Shown here one piece after another: positions 1 through 8,337 of a stretch of DNA of 32,000 nt. The notes under the pieces were generated by a model, which made no database searches, was not told the DNA's origin, and saw only the letters and a program-made list of their open reading frames with translations. Within the stretch, counting starts at the first letter, position 1; each line of letters begins with the position of its first letter. A program made the position numbers and the translations under genes. Origin of the DNA: Saccharolobus solfataricus (GTDB taxonomy: Archaea > Thermoproteota > Thermoprotei_A > Sulfolobales > Sulfolobaceae); NCBI RefSeq assembly GCF_900079115.1, contig NZ_LT549890.1:2880001-2912000 (forward strand), read 5' to 3'.

Positions 1-508
1 TGTAGACTTCATATCGTGATGTTATATCCAGGTTGGCTGTAGGCTCATCTGCTATAATTATTTCTGGATTTTTCATTAAAGAAAAAACTACCTGTAATTT
101 CTGTTTAGTACCAGCTGAAAGTTCTCTAACTTTATTTTTCATAAAGTGTAACAAATTAAAGTCCTCTAATAACCTTTTGGCATCGCTAAGAGGATAATTA
201 AATTCACTGGAGACTTCCTTTACTATGTCAATTACAGTGAGGTATTGTGGTAAAAATGGCTTATCCAAAATTATACCAACTTTTCTCGCTATTTTATTAC
301 TATTCCAAGGATCCTCTCCTAAAACACTTATATAGCCAGAGGTCCTATTTATTAGCCCACCAATTATCTTAAGTAGTGTCGACTTACCAGCACCATTAGG
401 ACCCATCACCAAGGTTATACTCCTATCCTCTATGGAGAATGTAAGGCCATGGAGTACCTCAATATCACCATACCTCTTTGTTAGATTGTCTGCTTCAATC
501 ACGCCCAT
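1..508 (-). CDS. ABC transporter ATP-binding protein; the C-terminus runs off the window
   Basis: Manual reverse translation from the ATG at 508-506 gives MGVIEADNLTKRYGDIEVLHGLTFSIEDRSITLVMGPNGAGKSTLLK... It has a Walker A (GPNGAGKST), an ABC signature-like motif (LSAGTKQKL) and a Walker B (IIIADEPT). The ORF stays open to position 1. Confidence 0.85.
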   Translation of the reverse strand, partial: MGVIEADNLTKRYGDIEVLHGLTFSIEDRSITLVMGPNGAGKSTLLKIIGGLINRTSGYISVLGEDPWNSNKIARKVGIILDKPFLPQYLTVIDIVKEVSSEFNYPLSDAKRLLEDFNLLHFMKNKVRELSAGTKQKLQVVFSLMKNPEIIIADEPTANLDITSRYEVY

Positions 509-542
509 ATCACGAAATACGTTATTAACACTAAAAAACTTT

Positions 543-905
543 TTAAAAGACTAATGTGGCTTTAGCCTCGGAACTCCTTAATGCGAATTCAGAAACACCG
601 CTTACCTTAACCTTATCCAACAGCCTTTCATGATCAACGTTCTTAACTTTCATTCCAAATTCACATGCTGTAAGTTCTATGTCATCTCCTCCTAATTCTA
701 TCAGATTTTCATAGTAATATGATAATGGCTTTACGTTAGGTAGCTGTATTTTCTCTATTTCCTTTGTTACTCCCCTTAATCCATCCATAGTGAAGAACAT
801 ATATACTTTATTTCCAGAAGAGGCGTAACCTATTGCAGTTATATAGGCCATATAGAGTTTCTCGGCTTCTCCAGATATTACCATTATTGCATATAAATCG
901 CTCAT
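543..905 (-). CDS. DsrE/DsrF-like (DrsE_2-type) sulfur-relay family protein
   Basis: 120 aa. The FFTMDGL and TACEFGM motifs resemble the FFTFWGL and AC.mS motifs of DsrE-like 'peroxiredoxin family' proteins. Its start overlaps the upstream ORF stop by 4 nt, which suggests operon membership. Confidence 0.65.
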   Translation of the reverse strand: MSDLYAIMVISGEAEKLYMAYITAIGYASSGNKVYMFFTMDGLRGVTKEIEKIQLPNVKPLSYYYENLIELGGDDIELTACEFGMKVKNVDHERLLDKVKVSGVSEFALRSSEAKATLVF

Positions 906-1189
906 TCCTTATTCGCCTCCTCCAATTCTCTAACCGTCTTAACTAGATTATACCAGAAGAATATGAGTCCCAAATAAACTACTATGTAACAAATGTATCT
1001 AGTTACCTCTATATATCCTTGCAATTGGGATGGGAACACATAAGCTGAAAATACACCGTTTTCTAACGCTACATTATTATTAGGGACTATATATTGCACA
1101 GAGAATTCATACCAACCTATTGCAAATAAACTTACTATTAAGGGTGACAATAGTCTCCTAATAATTGGCAAGAAAATCATCATAACCAC
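902..1189 (-). CDS. small hydrophobic membrane protein of unknown function
   Basis: 95-aa ORF with about 3 hydrophobic segments. It overlaps both neighbours on the same strand (10 nt with the yeeE-like stop, 4 nt with the dsrE-like start), consistent with translational coupling. Confidence 0.5.
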   Translation of the reverse strand: MVMMIFLPIIRRLLSPLIVSLFAIGWYEFSVQYIVPNNNVALENGVFSAYVFPSQLQGYIEVTRYICYIVVYLGLIFFWYNLVKTVRELEEANKE

Positions 1190-2409
1190 CTTTCTTGGAC
1201 TTTAACCGCTAAATAAACTCCTAACAACATTCCGAATAGGAATATGATACCGTCATAACCTAATTGAGCGAAATTGGTCCACATCAATCCTACATTGCAT
1301 CCGAGAGCCATCCTAACACCTATACCAACTAACATTCCTCCTCCAAACCCTATCAGCAATCTACTCTTATTCCTAGGTATTCGTATTTTGAAGTCGCCAC
1401 TTAAATACGATGCCGAGAAAGCTCCAATACACAACATTATTACCATTAGCGTACTGGGGTCTATGATTGGTAGCGAATCGTTAAACCATGGTGTGTTTAG
1501 AAATAACTTGACATTTCCTAACATTAACAAGTACTCGAAGAACCTACCGCCGTCAGATGAGGTTATCACAAGGTAATTGAAGGTATATCCAGCACCAACT
1601 ATGAAAACTAAAAGCAAATCTAATGCTAATATTATCGTAGTTAAATTAGTTCCATATGGTTTTCTTAAAAGTATCAAATCTTTAATTTCCTTGGTTAACG
1701 ATACCTTTTCTTCTCCAGATGTGCTTAGGTTTTGATTATAATACGCTCTCGCAGTAGGTAAATTAATGCTTAGACCAGATGAGATTGCCCATTTTCTCTT
1801 AGTGTACTGTTGTAAGTATATTCCAATGAATATTAGCGGTAGACTAACTACTAGCGTGGTTATATAGATTGACATATTTGAAATGGAGTGAAATATAAGA
1901 TAAGGTAAGTATTCTACATATCCTCCGTTAATAGTAGATAAAATTCCATTCGTCATTGTGTATAGCTGGAAAGGCCATATGCCTATGGCAAATACGTAAG
2001 TTCCTATCATCATTCCGAATAGCTCTATCCAATTTTGAACGTAGCCACTAGCAGCCCTATACAACATTGACAAATTACAACCTCCGGCTAATGCTGCACC
2101 AAAGCCGAATATTATAGAGCCAACAAGAATGTACCATCCTGCAAAATAGTTATAATAATACTGATCAACAGCTGGAATAAACCCAAATGCAACCAGCAAT
2201 CCACATCCCAAAGCAGATAATCCGAATAGTATTAAAAGGGCTCCAAATCTCTCATAGCTTTTAGCTGTAAATATTGATGTCATGGCGTTTACAAAACAAT
2301 AATTGCCTCTTTGGGCTGCCCAACCTAAAATAAATCCGGAAAGAGCAAACAATCCATAAACTAATGCCCAATTCTCTTGAAGTACTGGCTGTAGTACCAT
2401 ACTTGGCAT
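1180..2409 (-). CDS. YeeE/YedE-family sulfur-compound (thiosulfate-type) transporter
   Basis: 409-aa polytopic membrane protein. Three Cys motifs lie in hydrophobic helices (GNYCFVNA, GGCNLSM, LGCNVGL), as in YeeE/YedE. It sits immediately downstream of tusA. Confidence 0.85.
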   Translation of the reverse strand: MPSMVLQPVLQENWALVYGLFALSGFILGWAAQRGNYCFVNAMTSIFTAKSYERFGALLILFGLSALGCGLLVAFGFIPAVDQYYYNYFAGWYILVGSIIFGFGAALAGGCNLSMLYRAASGYVQNWIELFGMMIGTYVFAIGIWPFQLYTMTNGILSTINGGYVEYLPYLIFHSISNMSIYITTLVVSLPLIFIGIYLQQYTKRKWAISSGLSINLPTARAYYNQNLSTSGEEKVSLTKEIKDLILLRKPYGTNLTTIILALDLLLVFIVGAGYTFNYLVITSSDGGRFFEYLLMLGNVKLFLNTPWFNDSLPIIDPSTLMVIMLCIGAFSASYLSGDFKIRIPRNKSRLLIGFGGGMLVGIGVRMALGCNVGLMWTNFAQLGYDGIIFLFGMLLGVYLAVKVQERWL

Positions 2410-2412
2410 TGA

Positions 2413-2661
2413 TTATTTCACCTTCAGGATTCTCACCTTATAAATTCCGTTATCTTTTATCACTACAAACGGGTATCCTAAGGATTTGCATAAAGAAGGT
2501 AAAGTAACATGTACTGCGGGCTCGTGATCTGTTAATACTTCTAGCATTTGTCCAACTTTCATTTTCTTCAATTTTTTGCTTGCGCTCATTTCTGGAACAG
2601 GACATTCTTCTCCTCTAACATCAAGAACCTCGTCTGGCTGTCTTAAAGTTAGATCTTCCAC
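2413..2661 (-). CDS. tusA: TusA/SirA-family sulfur carrier protein (GTG start)
   Basis: 82 aa with the CPxP active-site motif in [10 protein letters not shown]. It pairs with the YeeE-like gene 3 nt downstream. Confidence 0.85.
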   Translation of the reverse strand: MEDLTLRQPDEVLDVRGEECPVPEMSASKKLKKMKVGQMLEVLTDHEPAVHVTLPSLCKSLGYPFVVIKDNGIYKVRILKVK

Positions 2662-2672
2662 TTTGACTCCCT

Positions 2673-2790
2673 CAAAATATTACGTATTTTTAGGTAATTA
2701 TAAAAGTTGTGATATTATAAACCCTTATTAAAGTTGGTATAATTAAATTGTAATTATCATATCTACAATATCTAATATTTTTGCATAAAA
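2673..2790. repeat. left copy of a perfect 118-bp inverted repeat (partner 6070-6187)
   Basis: Block-by-block manual reverse-complement alignment gave 118/118 identity. Positions 2743-2790 on the minus strand are a relic copy of the last 15 codons plus stop of the DsrE-like gene at 5770-6117. Confidence 0.95.
2695..2705 (-). promoter_or_regulatory. putative TATA box (TTTTATAATTA) of the tusA operon, inside the left repeat copy
   Basis: The A/T box lies 33 nt upstream of the tusA GTG. That distance predicts a transcript start close to the outer end of the repeat, leaving an 11-nt unique leader (agggagtcaaa). Confidence 0.45.
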
Positions 2791-2959
2791 ATTATAAAAC
2801 ACCTTATCTAGCAAAGCTAACTAACCCAAAAGATTTTTACTTCACATTTTTATGATTGTTTAATGATAAGAATAGACTTTTTATTCTTAAAATTAAATTC
2901 AGTTATCCATTAAATGGCTAAAGATAAGTTTTTAAATAGAATTAGCATCATTTTAAACA

Positions 2960-3970
2960 ATGATAGAGGAAACTACACTGATTTACGCTGAAGATTTCAA
3001 GCCGTTATTAGACTTGGAAAACTCGTATAAATTATATAAATTATCAAATATAAAAAAGCTAGATTTTGGTTATATTTGTTACCTTACCATGTTCAAACTA
3101 AAAGTAGAATGTATTTGCAAACCAAGAAAAGATGGCTTGGACATAATAGAAAAGAATGGAAGGTTCATAATAGATATAACATTCCAGAAGGAAAGTGAAG
3201 AGAGAATAAATGTAAAAATAAGTTACAGAGGAATTCTCGAAAAACTCCTAAGTAGCATAGCAAACTCCATAAGGAAAAATTTGGAAGAGTATTCGAGGTA
3301 CTTGTTGAGGAAACAAAAAGTTGAAAATAATTTTAGAATTTCTACTCTTAAGCCAGATAAGGTAGTAGATCTTAGAGGGGAAGAATGCCCAGTTCCAGAA
3401 ATAACGTTAAAGAGAGAATTGATGAAGGCTAATAGGGGAGAAATAGTAGAAGTTTTGACTGATAATCCTGCCGCAGTAGCTCACACTATTCCAGAAATAA
3501 TTAAGTTATTTAACTGTAGATATGAGGTCTTGAAATACGAAGACTACGTATCTTTTAGGATTTTAGTTTTAAGTAATATAATTAACACTGATGAATACGT
3601 TAAGGCTATTAAGGAATTTAATGAGATTAGAATTAAAGAACTAATTAGGGATAAGAAATTTATGTCATTTTTATATACATATTTTATGAAACTCCATAAA
3701 ACTGAAAAAGTTAATGATTTTAGGAATTATATATTTAACTGTGAAAAAGATATTTGTCTAGTCTCCTCTGCACCTCTAGGTAGAGGTTGGCTATTTACTG
3801 GACTGGTTAAGAATAACAAAATAGTATGTGCTAGGATTGACACTAAAGACGGAACCTTATTAGATTACGAAGCCTTAGAATATTTAAAGAAGTTATCCAG
3901 TGGTGTTTCACCAATTTTACTCAAAATGATACAATTTCTATGGAAGAGAAAAATATCAGAGCGGAGTTAG
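2960..3970 (+). CDS. three-domain protein with a central TusA domain; 3' end replaced by an IS insertion (native reading frame ends at 3896, remainder is IS-derived)
   Basis: 336-aa ORF. Residues ~133-205 ([40 protein letters not shown]...) form a TusA domain sharing RGEECPVPE with the stand-alone TusA. It is flanked by ~130-aa N- and C-terminal domains of unknown family. The IS left end at 3897 lies inside the ORF. Confidence 0.7.
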   Translation: MIEETTLIYAEDFKPLLDLENSYKLYKLSNIKKLDFGYICYLTMFKLKVECICKPRKDGLDIIEKNGRFIIDITFQKESEERINVKISYRGILEKLLSSIANSIRKNLEEYSRYLLRKQKVENNFRISTLKPDKVVDLRGEECPVPEITLKRELMKANRGEIVEVLTDNPAAVAHTIPEIIKLFNCRYEVLKYEDYVSFRILVLSNIINTDEYVKAIKEFNEIRIKELIRDKKFMSFLYTYFMKLHKTEKVNDFRNYIFNCEKDICLVSSAPLGRGWLFTGLVKNNKIVCARIDTKDGTLLDYEALEYLKKLSSGVSPILLKMIQFLWKRKISERS

Positions 3971-5337
3971 AAAAATCGGCTTATTTCAACACAAGAAGCA
4001 AAAAATTTTCATATTTGTTGAAGAAACTAACAGAAAACGAGTTTATATATAAAGAGTAATACCATTTGTCTAGTATTATCAATAGAGGAAAGTAGGTGGA
4101 AGGACGAGATGAACAAGAAAAGGTTAAAGCGAGGGACTCCATAACTCCGTTATGCAAACCATACAAGTATCCAAAACGGAGCTGAAGTCCCTCGCTATAA
4201 ATTTAGCAACAAACAATATTAACGTTATCTCTCAAGATCTAGACCCGGAAATAGTGAAAGCAGCACCATCCTTGCTAACCGGAAACAGAGGAAAATACTA
4301 CTTGAAGGTAGTAAGACGAGGCGAGAAAGTAATTAGTAAAGGTCAGAGAACCTTCAAGTTCTACCCAATCTACAGAGAAGTAAAGGGAGAGATCAACGTA
4401 GTCGCTGTAGATGAGACCGGATTAACCGTGGGAGAAAAGGAACAAGAAAAAGCAGAGGGCTTTCTACTCTACAACTGGAAGAGAAAAGGAGTAAAGATGA
4501 GATCCTTGGACCTCGTATATCCCTTAAGGTTACCCCTCCTAGTGGAGGTAGCAGATTTGAGAAGCGACAGTCCATCACAGTTCCTACTCAGGAGCGTGAG
4601 GGAAGTAAGCCAATACATGGAAATAGATTACGTTGTAGCTGACGCCGGATTCTTGAACCTAGGGGTCATCAAGGAAATGCCCGTGAAGACCATTGTGAGA
4701 GGAAAGTCGAACTTGAAGGGATTCAAGGAACTATCTAACGTTCCATTAGTTGAGAAGAGATACGAGGTTAAGGACAAGGTTTACGTTGCGTATAGGGTCT
4801 TGAAATTTGAAGGGCTTTATTATTACGATGTGGTTTACGTTAAGGGAAAGCCGAGGCACTTTATGTTCGTGACGAACTTCGAGGGAGATCCCTATGAACT
4901 GGCTGAACTCTATAGGTTGAGGTGGCAGGTTGAGGAGGGTTTTAAGGTTAGGAAGGCAAGGATAAGGTATGTTAGGAAGTTGAGTAACAAGATCTTCTTG
5001 TTCCTCTATTACACGGTTCTGGATTCTGCGTGGAATCTAGTGAATCATCTTCTCTTTAACTTCAAGTCCACGTGTAAGAAGGTTTTGTCCTTCGATTCAT
5101 TCGTCAAGCTTCTCTAACTTTCTCGGTGTTCAGAGGAGACTATGCACGTCGTTTTCACCACGTGAGAAAAATTCAGAATTCTCCTCTTATTATTAGAATT
5201 GTACGCTATATTTTTTGCAAATTACCTTAACATGTTATGTTTCATAATAATTTTATTGTTTTTCTCTATATCAATCTCTTTTTGAAAGGACTAATATTAT
5301 ATCTTTCAAATGAAATAATTTGGTGAAACACCACTGG
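3897..5337 (+). mobile_element. IS4-family insertion sequence, 1441 bp (size and family fit the Sulfolobus ISC1439 type; that name is from memory only)
   Basis: Perfect 18-bp terminal inverted repeats: ccagtggtgtttcaccaa at 3897-3914 and its reverse complement at 5320-5337. Flanking 7-bp direct repeat AAGTTAT at 3890-3896 and 5338-5344. One internal DDE transposase ORF. Confidence 0.9.
4152..5117 (+). CDS. DDE transposase (IS4 family)
   Basis: 321 aa. The C-terminal YRLRWQVEEGFKVRK matches the IS4-family Y-(2)-R-(3)-E-(6)-K signature. The ORF lies between the IS terminal repeats. Confidence 0.85.
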   Translation: MQTIQVSKTELKSLAINLATNNINVISQDLDPEIVKAAPSLLTGNRGKYYLKVVRRGEKVISKGQRTFKFYPIYREVKGEINVVAVDETGLTVGEKEQEKAEGFLLYNWKRKGVKMRSLDLVYPLRLPLLVEVADLRSDSPSQFLLRSVREVSQYMEIDYVVADAGFLNLGVIKEMPVKTIVRGKSNLKGFKELSNVPLVEKRYEVKDKVYVAYRVLKFEGLYYYDVVYVKGKPRHFMFVTNFEGDPYELAELYRLRWQVEEGFKVRKARIRYVRKLSNKIFLFLYYTVLDSAWNLVNHLLFNFKSTCKKVLSFDSFVKLL

Positions 5338-5417
5338 AAGTTATCTGGAGAAACAAACGTTATGTATTTATCGTTAGATTAACTATTTTAAAAAAATTTA
5401 TTTAGACTAAGTGCGTA

Positions 5418-5789
5418 TTGCCAATTATGGAGCTTAAGGATGAATGTGGCTGTATAATCAATAGAAGATACGCTTCAGATTTTCTAATGAAAAGGTTATT
5501 TAGTTATAGGAAGAAGGTAAATGCGGAAAAATTAGGCTATTTTAGAATAGATAATTCTAGATGGTTCGCACTCTATAGGGCTAGAGATGGAAAAATATAT
5601 TATGAAAGTTCTGAATGTCCACTACTTATAATAACCTTAGAAGCACTCTGTGAGGGATATATGGAAAATAATGGAAAAATAGATAGATATACCTTCATGG
5701 GAAAATTAAGTAAAATTAAGGGATTTACAATCAATCAGATAGTGAATGAAGTTATTGACAAATTTATAAATGGTGTTAATGGTGGTTAA
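5418..5789 (+). CDS. hypothetical Cys-containing protein (possible true start at ATG 5427)
   Basis: 123-aa ORF with a CGC motif near the N-terminus and two further Cys residues. Its stop overlaps the start region of the downstream DsrE-like gene. No family recognised. Confidence 0.5.
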   Translation: MPIMELKDECGCIINRRYASDFLMKRLFSYRKKVNAEKLGYFRIDNSRWFALYRARDGKIYYESSECPLLIITLEALCEGYMENNGKIDRYTFMGKLSKIKGFTINQIVNEVIDKFINGVNGG

Positions 5790-6117
5790 GAGAATTGCTT
5801 ACATAGTCGAATCCAATTTGGGTTCTTACATTTTAGGACAGATGATAATACCACAGTTAGAGGAAAACAGACACAACGCGGAAGTTATTGGAATGTTCTT
5901 TATACACGATAATGTATATATTTTAATGAAAGATAACCCTTTAGCCGAAAGATTAAGCAAGCTTAGTAGAGAAAGGGGCATATATTTGCAAGCTTGTGAT
6001 CAATGTGTATACATGAGAAACTTAGCTGATAAATTAATAGAGGAAGCAAAGATCGGTTGTTTCCCAGACTTTTATGCAAAAATATTAGATATTGTAGATA
6101 TGATAATTACAATTTAA
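5770..6117 (+). CDS. DsrE/TusD-family sulfur-relay protein (start may be the ATG at 5779)
   Basis: 115 aa. RIAYIVES, MFFIHDNVY and LQACDQC match DsrE-family hallmarks (vFFyqDGV and the conserved active-site Cys region). Confidence 0.7.
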   Translation: MVLMVVKRIAYIVESNLGSYILGQMIIPQLEENRHNAEVIGMFFIHDNVYILMKDNPLAERLSKLSRERGIYLQACDQCVYMRNLADKLIEEAKIGCFPDFYAKILDIVDMIITI

Positions 6118-6187
6118 TTATACCAACTTTAATAAGGGTTTATAATATCACAACTTTTATAATTACCTAAAAATACGTAATATTTTG
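6070..6187. repeat. right copy of the perfect 118-bp inverted repeat (partner 2673-2790)
   Basis: Covers the last 48 nt of the DsrE-like gene plus the whole intergenic promoter region, ending 10 nt before the GTG at 6198. Confidence 0.95.
6155..6165 (+). promoter_or_regulatory. putative TATA box (TTTTATAATTA) of the 6198-8858 operon, inside the right repeat copy
   Basis: Same sequence and spacing as the left copy. A 10-nt unique leader (gggaaatcga) precedes the GTG at 6198. Confidence 0.45.
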
Positions 6188-6197
6188 GGGAAATCGA

Positions 6198-7415
6198 GTG
6201 AATAAAAAGCAGTTAATCAAAGCGTTATCCAGTTATCAATTATGGTTAATAGTAGGACTTATAGTAATTATATTGATAGGAGTAGGAGCTGCATACATTA
6301 TGTTAAAGCAATCTCCATCATCGTCAACACCTAGTTCAACCCAAACCACCAGTAGTCCAGTTTCTACTACATTACCTCAATACAGCTTCCTAGTATTCAC
6401 ACAGAAAGGAATTGCAGAAATAATAAACCCATCATCCACTACTCCTTTCCAAGGATATATCCATTCTATTAACATCTCTACGAACTTACCCCAACAAGTA
6501 TATTGGTGGGTTGAATATCCACTCGAAAGTGTGGCACAATCTCGATACTACTTCATACCAGTAAATAATGGCACAGTCTACGTAATCGATCCTAATAGTT
6601 TAAAGATCATAAAGGAATTCAATTTTGGAAATAGTATAGGGTTTATAGGAGTTTCGTACTCGCCAAACCAACAATTAGTTGCAGTTGCAGATGGACCAAG
6701 CGGTATCTTAGCCCTAATTAACGTTTCATCGCTTAACGTAATATGGGAACAACACTTCGTATCTTCAGTTAACGGCAGAACGTATTATCCCTGCGACGTT
6801 AGATGGAGCCCAGATGGAAGCTACTTAATAGTTCCAATGAGATTTAACAATAGTGTTGACCTTATAGCGTTAAACGGTAGTGTAATTAAGGTTTTACCTG
6901 CAGTTGCTGGTTCGCAACCCTATATGGTAAGCCCTAATATACAAGGGACAATGGTAGCGGTAGAGTACGTTGGGAATAACTCAGTTGGATTTTACTCTCT
7001 ACCATCATTGAAATTGTTAGGCATATTACAAATGCCAAATGGTACAATACCTCAGAGGGGCGTATTCACACCAAATGGAGAGTACTATCTAGAGGCACCT
7101 TCAAACGCAAATCAAGTGTTTGTAATATCTACATCAACTTTTCAGATAGCCAAAACTATAGACTTGCCAACATTTAGCGTTAAAGGCTTGGCGGATATAG
7201 AACTTATGCCTGGAGGACAATATGCATACGTTGTGATTCACGGTAATATACAATCAGGCGGTATAATAGCTCTAATATCCCTAAGTAGTTTAACAGTGAG
7301 TAGCTATGTACCCTTGTCTACTGCTCCAGCAGTGATAATTCCAGTTCAAAACCAAGTGGCAACTTACCTAGTCGATAACGTCTTACTGCCTCCAGTTAGC
7401 GGACTTCACTGTTAA
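6198..7415 (+). CDS. membrane-anchored or secreted beta-propeller protein (YVTN-type repeats) with a Ser/Thr-rich stalk
   Basis: 405 aa. N-terminal TM segment, then [20 protein letters not shown]. Repeated motifs such as [16 protein letters not shown] and [11 protein letters not shown] are typical of YVTN/WD-like propeller blades. Confidence 0.7.
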   Translation: MNKKQLIKALSSYQLWLIVGLIVIILIGVGAAYIMLKQSPSSSTPSSTQTTSSPVSTTLPQYSFLVFTQKGIAEIINPSSTTPFQGYIHSINISTNLPQQVYWWVEYPLESVAQSRYYFIPVNNGTVYVIDPNSLKIIKEFNFGNSIGFIGVSYSPNQQLVAVADGPSGILALINVSSLNVIWEQHFVSSVNGRTYYPCDVRWSPDGSYLIVPMRFNNSVDLIALNGSVIKVLPAVAGSQPYMVSPNIQGTMVAVEYVGNNSVGFYSLPSLKLLGILQMPNGTIPQRGVFTPNGEYYLEAPSNANQVFVISTSTFQIAKTIDLPTFSVKGLADIELMPGGQYAYVVIHGNIQSGGIIALISLSSLTVSSYVPLSTAPAVIIPVQNQVATYLVDNVLLPPVSGLHC

Positions 7416-7425
7416 GGGGATAAGG

Positions 7426-8337
7426 ATGAAAGTCATACACCCATATTTCTATACTTTTTTGTTTTTTAATTTTACTATATTTCTCCCAATTTTAATAAAT
7501 GGGGTTAGGATAGTTAGTTTGTGGTATTCTCCCTTATCCGATACTGGACAACAAACGTTTATATTTCCCTTTTTAATATTCACTGTTATATATCTCGCTT
7601 GCTCCAGTATAGTTGGGTACTTCCTTTACAAGTACAAGGAGAATAAATTCATATTAGTGAAAGGAGACTTCAACGTACTAAATATTATAAAGAGTCTTCT
7701 CAGAGATAAAACGTTTAGAAAAATGCTAACTTTTTATTCAATTGTCTATTTTTTATCTTTCTTAATAGTTGGAGGAGTTATCCTTATACCAAACATTAAC
7801 ATTAGCCCATATTTTATAAAGCTAACAATAATAACATACAACGCATATGGAATTCAAACCTACTTCAATTTCTTCGTGCTTAATATACCAATGATCGTCT
7901 TTGGTTTATTAAACACGTTAATATTATCATTTGCGTTTATGCTAAGCTACTATACCATATCACTAATGTATGTGTCATACAATTTAATGAAATGGAAAGT
8001 ACCTAGAACCTTTAGGATAGCTACAACAAACATGGTAGGAGGATTCTTGACAGCCTCAGTCCCATCAATTGGAACTATTGCGGGAATTTGTTGTTTAACC
8101 CCTACTGCAATAAATTCATTATTGTATCTCGCTTCTTCCTCATTCCCATTAATAAGTAAAAACCTAGTGTGGAAGTACACAATCTATATGGGAATGCCTC
8201 TACTCTCTACTATCTCCCAATTAATATTACTATCCTCCCCCGTATTTGCAGGAATAGCAATTCTCTCTTTATCATTATATTCTCTCATGCAAATTAGCAA
8301 GAAATTAAGGGAGGGATTGCTATGGCAAAGACAATGA
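7426..8337 (+). CDS. polytopic membrane protein with an intramembrane CC motif, unknown family
   Basis: 303 aa with about 8 hydrophobic segments, including GTIAGICCLTPTA. It starts 10 nt after the upstream stop, preceded by ggggataagg. It overlaps the next gene by 16 nt. Confidence 0.65.
   Translation: MKVIHPYFYTFLFFNFTIFLPILINGVRIVSLWYSPLSDTGQQTFIFPFLIFTVIYLACSSIVGYFLYKYKENKFILVKGDFNVLNIIKSLLRDKTFRKMLTFYSIVYFLSFLIVGGVILIPNINISPYFIKLTIITYNAYGIQTYFNFFVLNIPMIVFGLLNTLILSFAFMLSYYTISLMYVSYNLMKWKVPRTFRIATTNMVGGFLTASVPSIGTIAGICCLTPTAINSLLYLASSSFPLISKNLVWKYTIYMGMPLLSTISQLILLSSPVFAGIAILSLSLYSLMQISKKLREGLLWQRQ

Noticed and set aside
1274-1576. Plus-strand ORF antisense to the YeeE-like gene, and similar shadow ORFs at 4393-4578, 7950-8180, 8384-8569, 12540-12779, 13936-14127, 17357-17638, 20544-20792, 20907-21104, 22767-22955, 24323-24556, 25256-25465 and 29703-29921
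   Set aside because: Each lies within or opposite a longer ORF that has clear family motifs. Their compositions are typical of antisense or out-of-frame translation.
4109-4144. Short frame (MNKKRLKRGTP) upstream of the transposase ORF, as evidence of a frameshifted or pseudogenised transposase
   Set aside because: It is only 11 codons long, and no slippery sequence is evident. The 321-aa ORF carries the complete C-terminal YREK signature. There is not enough evidence to call the transposase inactive.
3981-4166. 61-aa minus-strand ORF inside the IS
   Set aside because: It is antisense to the IS 5' region, has low-complexity hydrophobic composition and shows no start context. It is likely spurious.
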